Origin: Octopus sinensis
Taxonomy: Eukaryota
Reading direction: 5' to 3'
Length of the DNA stretch: 64,000 nt
Assembly (NCBI RefSeq): GCF_006345805.1
Contig: NC_043001.1
Location: 8,618,001-8,682,000, forward strand
Shown here in pieces: positions 38,771 through 51,266 of this stretch. The notes beneath the pieces were generated by a model. The model saw only the letters and a program-made list of their open reading frames with translations, was not told the DNA's origin and ran no database searches. Position numbers and translations under genes: made by a program. Within the stretch, counting starts at the first letter, position 1, and every line of letters starts with the position of its first letter.

Positions 38771-40721
38771 CAAAGACATCTATATATGTACTTGCTCACA
38801 TTTGTGCACATATGCACACACCACACATACGTAAGTAGACATCACTTTTTAAAAATCATTATATAATTAATTAAATATAATCAAAGATTCATCTTTGTGG
38901 TTAAATAAATTTGGAAAGTTTTGTCAATTTAGAATTAAAAAAAAATTTTTTTAATTACCACAACTACTTTATATTTGGTCTTCACATCAACTTTATTACT
39001 AATCGTATTTTAGTGCCCTCCATCCAAAAAAGGCAGAAACACGTGGGATGGAGATGCGCTGAATAGTTCACAGGATGTGTGGCGAAAGATTTTAAAGCAT
39101 GGCACAAATTTAAGTAAATCAAAGGTGCTGTTAATCGGCAAAATGCCTCACCATCTCGAAATATAACAATATTTGTGTGTGTATAGATACGCTCATAGTT
39201 ATATACATGTACACAGGCACACACATGGATATGTTCTCACATGCGAGTTTGTGCGAGCGTGGTCTAAAAGCTTCCTTAACTTTGGTTGCCAATTTCCACA
39301 GATAAATACTAGAAGACTCTCAAACCGATGTTACTGGAGAAAATATATGTCCACGAGTTGTTTTCCGGAAGATCGAACGCAGATAACCCGTTATTTCGAA
39401 ACGAATTATTCCATTACACGATCATTCTTTCATCAACGGTCTCATGACTACTAAGACGATGCGAGGATTTTTTTTTAAGTTGGTGGAATATCGAGATGAA
39501 TTCTTACTTACGTACCATTCCTGCTTCTAACTCCAGGGACAAAGCAATATTGATATTCCAGATATTTCCCATACATTTCTCAAACAAGAATTTATAGCGC
39601 AACATAACCGCCTGAAAAAGTGACGGTAACGAAGCTCAACTAAATAAAGTTTATTCCATTAATCTGTATAATAAGATCGATATAATTGCAGGGAAACTAT
39701 GATAGGCGGGATTTATTACTGATAGCAGATGTTATTTCAGGTTGTTGACGTAAAAGCTTTATGTTATATAGCCTTAATCTACAAATCCATGAAATAGAAA
39801 TGAAATAATTCTTAGATTTATGTGACACTTCATGTCATTACACGATAAATAATTAAACAATTAATAGTAATGGATATGTGTGTATTTATTGAAAACACTT
39901 CCAAGCTCCAGACTAATGTATGTCACCTCTTTAAAACATGTTCTTGGATGATTTAACAGACAGCAATTTCAGTACTTGCCACTGGCCCCAATGCGATTTT
40001 TGTACTTGCAAATTTTGTATTGTTTTATTTAAATAACCCTAGACCATAACAGTGTTCCATAATTTGCGTTTGTATAACGTTCTCATTTGAAGACAGACTT
40101 TGTACTAATAACGCATACGAAGGTGGAAAACCCTGTGCAGATTCGTCTTGTTTTTAGACGTTCAAGATGATTTTTCCGTCGCATGTCAATTATTTTACGA
40201 CATAAAACATTTACATAGTGTACCGGTTTCGCTTATGCTAATCATAATTAAGTAGATAGCGATACTATAAATTCAAGTGCTTCCCTACATAGGTTGGATA
40301 GTAATAATTGTTTGTCTCGTTCTTCAAAGAAAGCTCTGTATATTTCTGCGGAACGGAACCAGAAACTTTGCTTAATTTGGTCTGGATTTGCAGTCCATTC
40401 AGGCACACCCCCAGTCCAGAGAATCACATAATGTACCAGCCATATACCTATGAAAACAAAACAGATTAAATAACATATTCCCTCAGTATACTTTTGAATA
40501 CGCGTTCGATTCAACTTCAAATATTTCATAAACTGCTGTATGTTACTTGTTTTTCTATCCATCGCTCAAATGTCGATATACACAGAGAAACGATGTACAA
40601 TGAAAATATTCATTTCATCTGTCCGGGCAATAATCTGCCTAAGAGTAGATATACGCTTCTGGTCATTCTGCAGAGGGAACCCAGCTAATTACTTTCCCTG
40701 TCTGTTCCTTGTGTTAGAATA

Positions 40722-41116
40722 CTAGCAGTATCGCCCGGCGTTGCTCGGGTTTGTAAGGGAAATAATTATATAAGCATTTTTAGAGAGTTATAGCCAAAAC
40801 TAGCAAAAAAATGCATTAAAAATGGAAAAAAATATGGTAAATGTTTTTTTAAATCGTTGACTCATCGTAGACATTTTTAGAGAGTTACATCCCTTATATG
40901 ATAGCGAAAAAATGCATTAAAATGGAAAAGAATGATGGTAAATTATTTTTAAAATCGTAGACTCATCGTAGACGCGCGCTAATACCCAGAAGGGCTTGAT
41001 ATGAATCACGACTATAAGATACCCGCTTTTATTTACACTGCACCGCAAAATGTGGGAGTAGTTAGGAATCTAAATCGTAGGAGACAGACACACAACTTGA
41101 CTTTTATATATAAAGA
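40722..41116 (-). mobile_element. Non-autonomous Helitron, copy 2
   Basis: Minus strand A|TCTTTATATATAAAAG ... CCCGAGCAACGCCGGG-CGATACTG-CTAG|T, with an internal ~110-bp tandem duplication (AAAAATGCATTAAAATGGAAAA..GACTCATCGTAGAC x2). Confidence 0.85.
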
Positions 41117-41164
41117 TATGTACTTATATTTTTAAGTATATATATATTGCCCAACAACCATACA

Positions 41165-41750
41165 GATGATTTGATTATAGTCATGAAAGGTCTGTGTTCG
41201 CATATGCCCGCATCTCCATTACATCGATATTACCGGTACCGGTGTGAAGGTGCATGGCTCAGTGTTGAGAGCATCGAGCTTACGATCGTGAGGTTGTGAG
41301 CTCGAATCCCTGACCGGGCTGCGTATTGTGTTTTTGAGCAAGACACTTTGTTTCACGTTGCTCCAGTTCACTCAGCTGTAGAAATGGGTTGCGACGTCCC
41401 CTTTGTATCGGTCCCTTTACCTTTCGCTTGGATAACATGGTGGTGTGGAGAGGGGAGGCCGGTATGTATGGGCGGCTACTGGTCTTGCATAAAAACAACT
41501 TTGTGCGGACTTGTGCTTGGGAGGGTAACTTTCTAGATGCAATCCCATGGTCTGTGTCATGACCGAAGGGGGTCTCAGAACATGTACCGGTGCACCGAGT
41601 GGCACATGTCAGATGACGAAATGATCGCAGAACAACGTGAATGGAAGTGCATTTCTCAAGAAGACAATGCAACAACGCCCGGTTTCGAAATCGAAGCCAC
41701 GAACTCGTAATGGTGAGTGGAACAAACTAATCACTAAACAAACGCACCTC
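41165..41750 (-). mobile_element. SINE family D interrupted by a family C SINE
   Basis: Joining 41165-41244 to 41593-41750 restores a sequence matching 2531-2850 in reverse orientation. Confidence 0.65.
41245..41583 (+). mobile_element. tRNA-derived SINE family C (local label), nested, 9-bp TSD
   Basis: A box TGGCTCAGTG, B box GCTCGAATCCC; TSD GTACCGGTG at 41236-41244 and 41584-41592. Confidence 0.85.
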
Positions 41751-41754
41751 CATA

Positions 41755-41821
<67 letters not shown>

Positions 41822-41933
41822 TATATATATGTATGCATGCGTGTGGTATATGTATATATATATATTATGTGTATATATATATGCATATATGTATGTATAT
41901 CTATGTATATATACATGTATATGTATTTATATC

Positions 41934-41982
<49 letters not shown>

Positions 41983-42005
41983 TATATACACTATGTATAT
42001 ATATT
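41750..42005. repeat. (TA)n-rich compound microsatellite
   Basis: Direct reading. Confidence 0.95.
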
Positions 42006-42831
42006 GCTTATCAAGCAACGTATTGATAGGAAAATTAAAATCTGTGTCTTTTATTCATCGCGATTTTCAAACATTCTGCAAATTGTTGAGTTTCCTCCAT
42101 GTTGGACGCAGAAACCATGTATGGCGAACTCAAAAATAAAGGCTTTAAAATGTTGTGTTGCTATTCTTGTTGATCTCTTGAGATAAACCTGTAGCTGAAA
42201 CACAAGCTATTGATATAGCGATACTAAATGTACCTTGACTAAAACAAAAAATTAATTTAAAAGCCATATGATATGGAATTTGATTTTCTTGCTATTCCCT
42301 TGCTAATATCTTTATCGAAGCGCAAATGTGATGTACATGGTATGTAGCAAATATATTGTACCATAAATAACTTTAAACAATCAAATAGATAAAACAAGTA
42401 GTACTCTTAGAAGATGTTTATTTCGAACATACTCTATTTTGGAAAACTATGAGAGTAATGAGTTTGTTACAGTACGGTTTTTTATAAACAGATGTGCAAA
42501 GCAGTATTAAGTCACGAGTAAATAGGGCTACCATATTCTTAGAGTTTACTAATAAAATTAGGAGAATTGTATATATGGTCATACAAATCAATAGAAAATA
42601 GGAAGTGCCCGTCCTATTCTCACCAACAGCAAAATGCTTTTAAAAACTTATTTACGGCACGGAAAACGGTTGTGAAAAAAGAGCTTGAAAGCATTAAAAA
42701 TGTAATGTATCCAAATAATGAGCAGTAACAGGCTGTATTACACATAGCGATCTCTCTACTTTATATACACACACGGATCTTCGTATACTCGCGTAAATAT
42801 GTGTGTGTGTGTGTGTGTATGTATGTATGAA

Positions 42832-43045
42832 CGCGTGTGTATCGTTGGCGATTTTCCCTCTACGTCTTCCCTTTCTTGGATCTTTTTTCCTTTTTCTATG
42901 TTCCTGACGAAGAGCTACGCTCAAAACGTTGAGACCTCCTTTCTTTCTTTTCTTTCCTGAGCGTCCAATAACACTATACTTATTCCACGTCCTCGCGTTG
43001 TTGTGTTTTCTCTTTGTGTTTTCATGTTTGGATTAACTATATTTA
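42832..43045 (+). mobile_element. Family H1 element with hammerhead-like motif
   Basis: GTTC-CTGACGA-A-GAGC-TAC-GCTC-AAAA-CG-TT-GAG at 42900-42933; the rest matches 24817-25020. Confidence 0.7.
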
Positions 43046-43084
43046 TATAAGCGAAAAATGATTCTTCTAAAATCTCTCTGAGAT

Positions 43085-43785
43085 GAACACGGTAGTTGTA
43101 CTGGCAATTACTGTTCGTAGCCACTTCAAAATGGCTGCTCTGCTCGAACGGACTTTGCTGCAATTTTCTAACCCCAAGAGGACGTATCATAAGGATGACA
43201 TCTCCACTGTATTACGAAAAGGGGAGCGAATCCCTACCAACTTCTAGCGCCGAGACTAGCAGACCAGCCTCGTGTCTGGCTATTTCTTACTTCCTAGAGT
43301 AGCTCGCTTCTGCTTGCAATATATATAAATTCGAACGACACACAGTCTCTGATCTTGGAACCCACAAAAAGCTCGTTCTAAAATTTCTCTAAGAGATCAA
43401 CGCTGTAGTTGTACTAACCAGTAGTCCCTTCAACATGGCTGTTTCGTTCGAGCGGATATTACTGCGAGTTTTTTACTCCAAAATGTATGTCTAGCTGGTC
43501 AAGGGTTCACAGCTACATCTATTATACTGCGATCAGTGGCTCGAATCCCTACCACATTCTAGCGACACGACCAGCAGACCAACATCGTTTCGGGCTATTT
43601 CTGCCACTATTCAAAACATGACAGCTCGTCTGTTACAAACGTTAGTGACTCGCTTCTGCTCGCACTTTATCGGATGCATCTGTGCATCTTTAACCAGCTG
43701 AAATATCTTCTTGGGGTTAAAACATCGCAGTAGTGTCCGTTCGAACGGAACACTCATGTTGAAATGCTTGCGCACAGTACTTCAT
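43085..43785. repeat. Diverged repeat cluster: two direct units plus one inverted arm (probable long-TIR element preceded by a truncated copy)
   Basis: Units at ~43085-43320 and ~43395-43670 share GTAGTTGTACT, TTCAA.ATGGCTG, TCGA.CGGA, GAATCCCTACCA and AGCAGACC. 43680-43785 is an inverted copy of their first ~110 bp. Confidence 0.75.
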
Positions 43786-43872
43786 ACAAATATATATACA
43801 TATATATACACACATGAATATATATATATATATACCAGAGATTTATTATATATAAGCGTATATATATAAATA

Positions 43873-44105
43873 TATACCTATGAAAACAAAACAGATTAAA
43901 TAACATTTTCCCTCAGTACATTTTTTAAAAACGGTAAGATAACAAATGAAAGATAGTGACCTCAATATTATGTAAATGGAGGAAATTTATCTATAAAATA
44001 ATATGTTACATTACTCAATAGTCAAGATAAAACTCTGAGTTTCAGATGCCGAAGTGGAAATCCACAACACCATCTCTTCGGTTATCTGGCCATCTGAAAA
44101 ACGCT
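43873..44105 (+). repeat. Unclassified dispersed repeat
   Basis: First 46 bp (ATACCTATGAAAACAAAACAGATTAAATAACATTTTCCCTCAGTA) also occur at 40443-40488. Ends in a TTTCAGATG-CCGAAG..CTTCGG..CATCTGAAA stem. Confidence 0.55.
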
Positions 44106-44513
44106 ATTAAAAAATACCGTTATATAAAGGGAAGTTACTGTATTAAAATTCTGCTCGCGAACCCACGTGCGTACTTATACGTCAATATGAAAACGTACAC
44201 ATCTTCACACGCATTTTTCGCCAAATATATACGCATATATATACAACCTCATACACACACACATGCGTACCGTAAAAGTTCATACATACGTCTATATACG
44301 CACAAACACAAGAAAAACCATGGTTAAAGATAACAGAAAAAAAACATAAGGAAGTATGCAAAGCATAAAAACCACGTTCATATACGGACATGCCCCTATG
44401 CACTCATACACACACACGCCCATATATGTACATACCCGCACATATTTATATACGCATACATACACACGCATATACAAAATTGAATATACAGATGTACACA
44501 TACACACACACAT

Positions 44514-44554
<41 letters not shown>

Positions 44555-45199
44555 TACATATATTAGATTTCCATGAGAGCACACAGCCATTCTATTTTTT
44601 CCGATACTATCACCCAAATATTTCCATTTTCCTTCGCCTCCGTCGGACTTTATATATTCTTCCCTTCTGTTCTTACTTTCTCTCTTTCCCTCCCTCTTTA
44701 TTCTTCTATCCAACCTTCTCCTCCTCCTCTACATACATAGCTATTCTCCTAACTTAGCAGCCTACTTACTGCTTGAAATATTTCCGTCGATGACTTCATA
44801 TTGTGAAAACTTTAACAGAGGAAGCTTTACACAATGCATGCTTCTCCTTTTATATATTACGCAGACCTGAAAGGTACTTTCTAAATGATTTCAAAATAAC
44901 GCTATTTGGATTCATAATATATAGCAGCTATTAGATTTGATAAAATATAGCGACTGAAAACGAAATGCGTTTTTGATATAGATTTACAAACTCTCCTCAA
45001 AACTATTGGGGAAATTCATAGCGGTTATTGCTGTTTCATCTACATATTAAAACGTTACGCATTCGTATACATTGTATACGTTCGATATTATATAAAATGT
45101 ATATACTATAACACGTTTGGTATCTATATATATATATATATATATACTAATACGCTTGTACCGACGGTGTTTGTCACGCTATGGGAAATAAGTTAGGAT

Positions 45200-46825
45200 T
45201 AAGGTCGAGTTATTTCCCTTGGCTTCTGGACTGGCATTGCTGCAACATTCTTGAAAGTTGGTAAATCTTTTCACAGTATATCCTAGCTCTCAGTTCCTTT
45301 GGGAGAAACAAGCGTGTGCAATGTTCCACCAAATTCTGATCAAAGAAACATTCGTAGGTGAGTAAAAAGTCTACGTTATTGACGAAGCTTCGATGATATC
45401 AGTTTATGCTTTGAAATTATAGAAAATCGTTTAAGAGATATTATGTATATTTGGTGGACAATTATCGTAGTAGGTGGAGATTTTAGACAAGTTATTCCGT
45501 TTTTTTCCAGAGCTCCTCCTGCAGCTGTACTTGCTACCTGCCTGAAACGTTCCTGTATGTGGGATCATTTTCATCAAATGCAACTCAAGCAAAATGCAAA
45601 TGAATAAGATTTTTCGAGGTGGCTACTGACAACCTAGAAGTGGATTTCTTCAAAGCTCCCTCGATAATCTCGCAGACGATATTCCTGAGGTATGCTTATG
45701 TAACAATTCTTTGGTATCTGATATAGTTGACAATTTTAGAGCACATGAAATGAAAAATATCCCCCCAAAAAATTCGGACTGCTTAGCAATAATTGAAGAA
45801 ATTCTAAGTAGATTGCTTACTGAAACAAAGGCATATCTAATCACCGACGCAGTAACTTCTGATAATAAAGAAGCCCAGAATTATCCCATGGAGTTCATAA
45901 ACACTCTTACACTTTTTGGAATGCCTCCCAAGCGCCTTAACATAAAATCTGGAGCAATTATTATCCTTCACACAAACCTCTCTACATAACAAGTTCTATG
46001 CAACTGAATTCGTTTGGAGGTACTTCAGCTCCACGAGCATAGCATCGAAGTGTCAATTATAAGTGGCTTTCATCCTCACACGAGAGTATTGATTCCAAAA
46101 ATCAATCTTACTCCAAGCGATGCAAATATTTCATTCGTTCGGCATCGGACACAGTTCCCGGTTCGTCTGTCCTATTCTATGGCAATCGATAAAGCATAGG
46201 GGCAAACGTTCGATCGACTTGGTATACAAGGCGGCGAACTAGCAGAAACGTTAGCACTCCGGGCGAAATGCTTAGCGGTATTTCATCTGCCGTTATGTTG
46301 TGAGTTCAAATTCCGCCGAGATCGACTTTGCCTTTCATCCTTTCGGGGTCGATAAATTAAGTAGCAGTTACGCACTGGGGTCGATGTAATCGACTTAATA
46401 CCTATGTATGTCCTTGTTTGTCCCATCTATGTTTAGCCCCTTGTGGGTAATAAAGAAATAGGTATACACTTGTCACAGCCAGGCTTCACCCATGGTCAGC
46501 TTCACGTATCTTTTTCAAGAGCAAGTGCGATGAACAGTGTGAGGGTTAATGTGATGCCTCAAAACGAATCCACCCATCGTCGCAGAAGGGGTATACCGCA
46601 CACTAGAAATATTTCATATAGAGAAGTGCTGTATCGGACGTATCTAACATATCCTTTCACCACATAATAAATTAATACATACTTATATTATTAATAAATA
46701 TAACATAAAGGATAATCGAATTTATCATTAACCAAAATCGTGCAAATTAAACAATTTTAATTAAATGATAACTATTCATTACAATATTTAAATTATCCGT
46801 TAGTTTTTTTCACGGGTCTAGCTAG
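45200..46825 (+). mobile_element. Helitron relic: PIF1-family helicase pseudogene plus 3' terminus
   Basis: TGIAAT (~45230), VIDEASM (45375-45395), VVGGDFRQV, YPMEFINTL..GMPP..LNIKSGAIII, LIPKINLTP..RTQFPVRLSYSMAIDKA*GQTFDRLGIHL..THGQLHVSFSRA. The end CCGT..ACGG-GTCTAG-CTAG|T at 46825 fits a Helitron 3' terminus. Confidence 0.92.
46229..46460 (+). mobile_element. SINE family B inserted into the Helitron helicase, 8-bp TSD
   Basis: GGTATACA at 46221-46228 and 46461-46468; removing the SINE restores GQTFDRLGIHLSQPGF. Confidence 0.95.
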
Positions 46826-46941
46826 TAGTATGAGAATTCTCTAACCAAACAGCAGCGAATGTTAACTTTCATAACAGTGCTACAGCATCGAAATTTAAAT
46901 TAAATATACGTAAGCACCTAAATTCTTTCAATGATAGGGGA

Positions 46942-47010
46942 AATTACGTAGAATAAAATAATTACGTAGAATAAAATTACGTAGAATAAAATAATTACGT
47001 AGAATAAAAT
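46942..47010. repeat. Minisatellite, ~18-bp unit AATTACGTAGAATAAAAT x4
   Basis: Direct reading. Confidence 0.9.
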
Positions 47011-47334
47011 AATTCCAGAAATTGCGCGCTATTTCGTGGTTCGTAATATACGAACTGCACTTCTCTATGAAGGGTTAGGTTAATTGTATTATATTATGCA
47101 TGGAACCACTCGAAATTCTGGCAAATTAATAATCATAATACATGTGTAATCCGGTGCATAACGTTAAAAGAAAAATTGTTTACGTAAGATTTAAATTGTG
47201 TTGGAGTACATAAATAATGTTCATTTACATAGACTGCATTAGTTTTCTCTCTCGTATACACCGCATATTTCATTGAAACTTATTTACCGCTTCCATTACG
47301 CATAAAATTTTGGCAAAGATATTTCATGGCCATA

Positions 47335-47565
47335 AGGCTGCGAGCTGGCAGAGACGTTACCACGGTGGGCGAAGTGCTTCGTGGTATTTCGCCCGTCGCT
47401 ACGTTCTGAGTTCAAATTCCGCCGAGCTCGACTTTGCCTTTCATCCTTTCGGTGACGATAAATTAAGTACCAGTCGCGCACTGGTGTCGATGTAATCGAC
47501 TTAATCCGTCTGTCTGTCCTTGTTTATCCTCTCTGTGTTTAGCCCCTTATGGGTAATAAAGAAAC
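47335..47565 (+). mobile_element. SINE family B, 17-bp TSD
   Basis: AGATATTTCATGGCCAT (47317-47333) / AGATATTTCACGGCCAT (47566-47582). Confidence 0.92.
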
Positions 47566-49480
47566 AGATATTTCACGGCCATGACGCATTAAGCTCCTGA
47601 TAACAATGTTTATATGTATAATAATTCACTTTGACGTTCAGCAACGTCCCCAAATATTACTAACATACAGACATGTCGACAAGTAAGAAAATATTCAGTG
47701 GTATGTATACGAGAAAAGAAACACCAAAATTTTGGATAACGAGGAAAACGTTAAGCTGCCTTCGAATGTTTTTGGAGAAATCATTTAAATTGAAATTCTA
47801 AACAATGTATATACAGATTTTGCCGAATATGACAAAATATTTGTGAAATATATGTTTTTATTTTAACAATATTTAAATTTTATATTAGCTTTCTATGAAA
47901 AAAAAGACCGTTTGTTCTTCCGTCACGTGCTATTCTCAGATCAACACGTTTTTCGATTTATATCCTGAGAGGAACGAATTAAAAGTTGTAAATTTATTAA
48001 ATTTATTCATTAATTTCATATACGCAACGCTCATTTTATGAGGAAGATATGCGATGCTAAATGTCAAAATAAATTTCATCATCAAGGAAATTTGAAATAT
48101 ATGTTACTATATTACGTACATTTATATGCATTTATCGAAATGAAGAAATAATAGTAGATTGTACCATGTGAATATAATCCAAAATTTTGTAATAGAAAAT
48201 ATGTAGGCAGGTAAGCAGATAAACTGATAAGAGAGAATTTTTATGGTGTATTTCCTACTCGAAATCTAAATAAAACATCGTTCGAATACCAAGAGTATCT
48301 TTGAAATAACAATGTTTTCCGAGTGAAATTATTGTTGAAATTATTACTAAAAGGAGATGATTTCTGTTTTTAAGTACATAATCGAGCTTCATACCAGCCG
48401 TCTTTAGTGCTAAATTACACCATCTTAATTTTCCTCGTAACGTTACAAGTCAGCCTTATGAGAGTAACATTTGCAATGAAGTAGACTTTTTTAATTGTAT
48501 TCTGTATATTTTCAGTGAATATTACAGTCGGTTAAATGTGTGATACTTTTGTCATATGACGAGACGCAATACCTTCAGCCAGCCATAATCTACAGATTAA
48601 AGGCGTCGATATGATATGAAAAACTTTTCCTAGTTTCCACTAACATCAATTGTTATCTTGTAATTAAATAATGTAACGATGAAATATTACCTTGGTATTC
48701 AGCATCCTATCTTGTAGTATACAACAACACATTACTAAATGTATTTCTATAGCTTCCTCATTTTCCAAATGATTATTTTGAATGTATACAAGAACTCAAC
48801 ATCTGATTAATTAGTTTTGTGAATTGTTACTATGCATTCGTTGCTCATATGTTCGTTTCGTTTTAACTCATTTACGAGTGCGTATAAACATAGCGATTCA
48901 ATTTACACTTGAAATAAATTATATATTCTACATAATGTGTACGTCGAGTAGATTGTATTTCTTATCATCAATATATTCATATTTTTAATTATAACTATCT
49001 CCTTTGTGCGTTCGATATTTCATGTAAATTATTTGAACTTGAATGCATATCTTCATTTTGTTGATAAATTCATATTTTGCAAAATGAATTACCAACAACA
49101 TATAGAAACAAGGTGTTACACGATTCAATCGTATTAGTTGTAAGTATTCTGTGAATTATGTACTTGCGACTGACTTGTTTTGATTTCATTAGACTCCAAT
49201 GATGCCAGGTGAATTATTGTATTTATCGTTCGGTATTTCTGAATGTAATAGTTTCTTTCAATCAGTAATGAAATCTTTGCTAGGGTTGTGGCATTTAACG
49301 TAAACAACTTGTATATAAAACAAAAGTAAGTAACATAAGTACATTTTTCATCGTAAAATAATATACCATTTCGCAAATTCAAATATTCAAGTCTCGATTA
49401 TATCAATATTAGGTGAATTCAAATAAATACTGTCAAATACATTTTAACTAACTGAACTTTTTTCTAGATACCAAAATAGT

Positions 49481-49700
49481 GAGTGGCCGAGTGGTTTAGC
49501 ACTACATTCACGAAAGCAAGACTGCAGTTTCGAATTCGGATCGGATGTTAGTCAGTATTCTTGAACAAAGCATTTAATTTCGGTATTCTGCTAAACGTTA
49601 AATGCCTAACTCTGGGACAGACTGGCGTTCCGCTCGGGGAAATTCTTGAGCCCTCGGTCACTTGAAACACTAGGAAAACCACGTTAGCACCACTATGAAT
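49481..49700 (+). mobile_element. Old tRNA-derived SINE, possibly V-domain type
   Basis: A box TGGCCGAGTGG, B-box-like TTTCGAATTCG, and central GACAGACTGGCGTTCCG resembling the V-SINE core GACTGGCG.CCCG.CCAGGG. Confidence 0.45.
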
Positions 49701-49746
49701 TTTAGGACGTTAGACAATAATATCAAGGGGAGTGATCATGAATCAC

Positions 49747-50172
49747 GGATCTTTTCGGTTTGAACGGCAGTTTTTTCTAGTGGTGTCATATGAAATTGTC
49801 ACCCATAATTATGACCCTAGTATCGATCTATTGCATTTCAATCTGTTTTAGGTTTAGGGTTAGTTAGGGTTAGGGTTAAGGGTGGGGAGGGTATTTTTTT
49901 CTTCAGAAATGTAAATAAACCCAATCTGTTTCTTAAACGAGGGACATATTCATACGGCACAGAATGTTTTCACCTCAATAGACGTCACTGATTGGTTGAG
50001 ATTGCAGAAATAGAAGAAAAAACACCAAATATCTTACAAACTATAGAATTTGCTCAATAAATCCAAGAGAAAAAGATGTTTTATAAACACATTCTACCAG
50101 TATGCGAAGTTTAAAAGTGTTTAGTTACGTGGAAAGTATTTAAAAAAGCTGCCGGTCAAACCGAAATGATCC
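49747..50172. mobile_element. MITE with ~30-bp TIRs, 8-bp TSD and internal TTAGGG-like repeats
   Basis: GGATCTTTTCGGTTTGAACGGCAGTTTTTT / AAAAAAGCTGCCGGTCAAACCGAAATGATCC; TSD TGAATCAC (49739-49746) / TGAATCCC (50173-50180). Confidence 0.85.
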
Positions 50173-51119
50173 TGAATCCCTTTTGAAGTTGATTATGTAT
50201 CGCCATATTTGAACGATTCATAATTGATAAATCAACCAGGTGGAAGGACGTGGTAAATAAGAAGAAATATTTTGGATTGAGGGTTTAAAATAACAGGCAA
50301 TTACCAAAAGGAATAAACTAAATATATAATAACTTTCTGAAAGCATGACCATTCATGTAGTTTCGTGTCTGTAACATTTTATCGATTCCAAGAATTTTTT
50401 CGGAAACCAATTTGTATGTAATGTTACCAACGAAACACGACACTCTTTCGTACTTTTCCAATATCACGTGTAGATATTTACCTCATCAAGGAGGCTATTA
50501 CAGTATAATGTCTTAAAGCAGAACCGATCATCCATGTAAATACATCAGCAGTGTTATATTAAAACACAATCAACCAGGCAGAATGTAATAATAGCAACAT
50601 GCAATCACATATCGTTCTCATATTTAGATTTCTTACAATCAGGCATCACCCTAATAAATTACGGACTGGTTAAGAGGTTGAATAGAAAAAATATTTGTAT
50701 GAAATCAGAAAGTAATGTAAACGACAACTACGTAATGGCTTGTAATATAAGCACAGGGTGAGCAATTAGAAAGGAATATGTCATAGGTGATTCTATCAAT
50801 GTCCGCAGCATTTCATATTGCATCTTCTGAAGGAAATTGCATCTGCCTGAAATTAATTCGTTGACATGAGTACTTAAGCTGAATGAGATATTCTGGACAG
50901 GATGATCACAGTTAAACAATGAAATATAAAGTTCACCACGGAGATTTAAACTGAGAATTTAGGGATCCGAAAAACATACTAAAGCATTTTTCCGATGGTC
51001 CGGTGATGCTATCAGATTTCTGGTGCATTGTGTCAAAATTGGGAAACATATCGTTCGTTTCCAAATTTAGCACGTGACCAGCAATTTTCGGGTGTTGGTT
51101 ACGTTGATTGCATCCACTC

Positions 51120-51266
51120 TGGTGTCTAGTTACTCTTCATTCAATCGATCCCCAAAAGACGAATGGCAAAGTCGACCTCGGTGGAATTTGAACTCAGAAA
51201 GTAAAAACAGACGAAACACCGTTAAGCATTTTGTCCGGCGTGTCGCCGACTTTACCGGATTGCCAC
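51120..51266 (-). mobile_element. SINE family B fragment (a second, older head fragment lies at ~50935-51035)
   Basis: GGCAAAGTCGACCTCGGTGGAATTTGAACTCAGAA..AAGCATTTTGTCCGGCGTG is the reverse complement of the B head. Confidence 0.75.

Noticed and set aside
39250-39450. Mariner 3'-end relic
   Set aside because: Only vague resemblance; no TIR pair or clear motif.
46942-47010. CRISPR-like array
   Set aside because: No spacers and a eukaryotic context; it is a simple minisatellite.
49845-49890. True telomere or chromosome-fusion scar
   Set aside because: Only a few degenerate TTAGGG units, enclosed within a TIR element.
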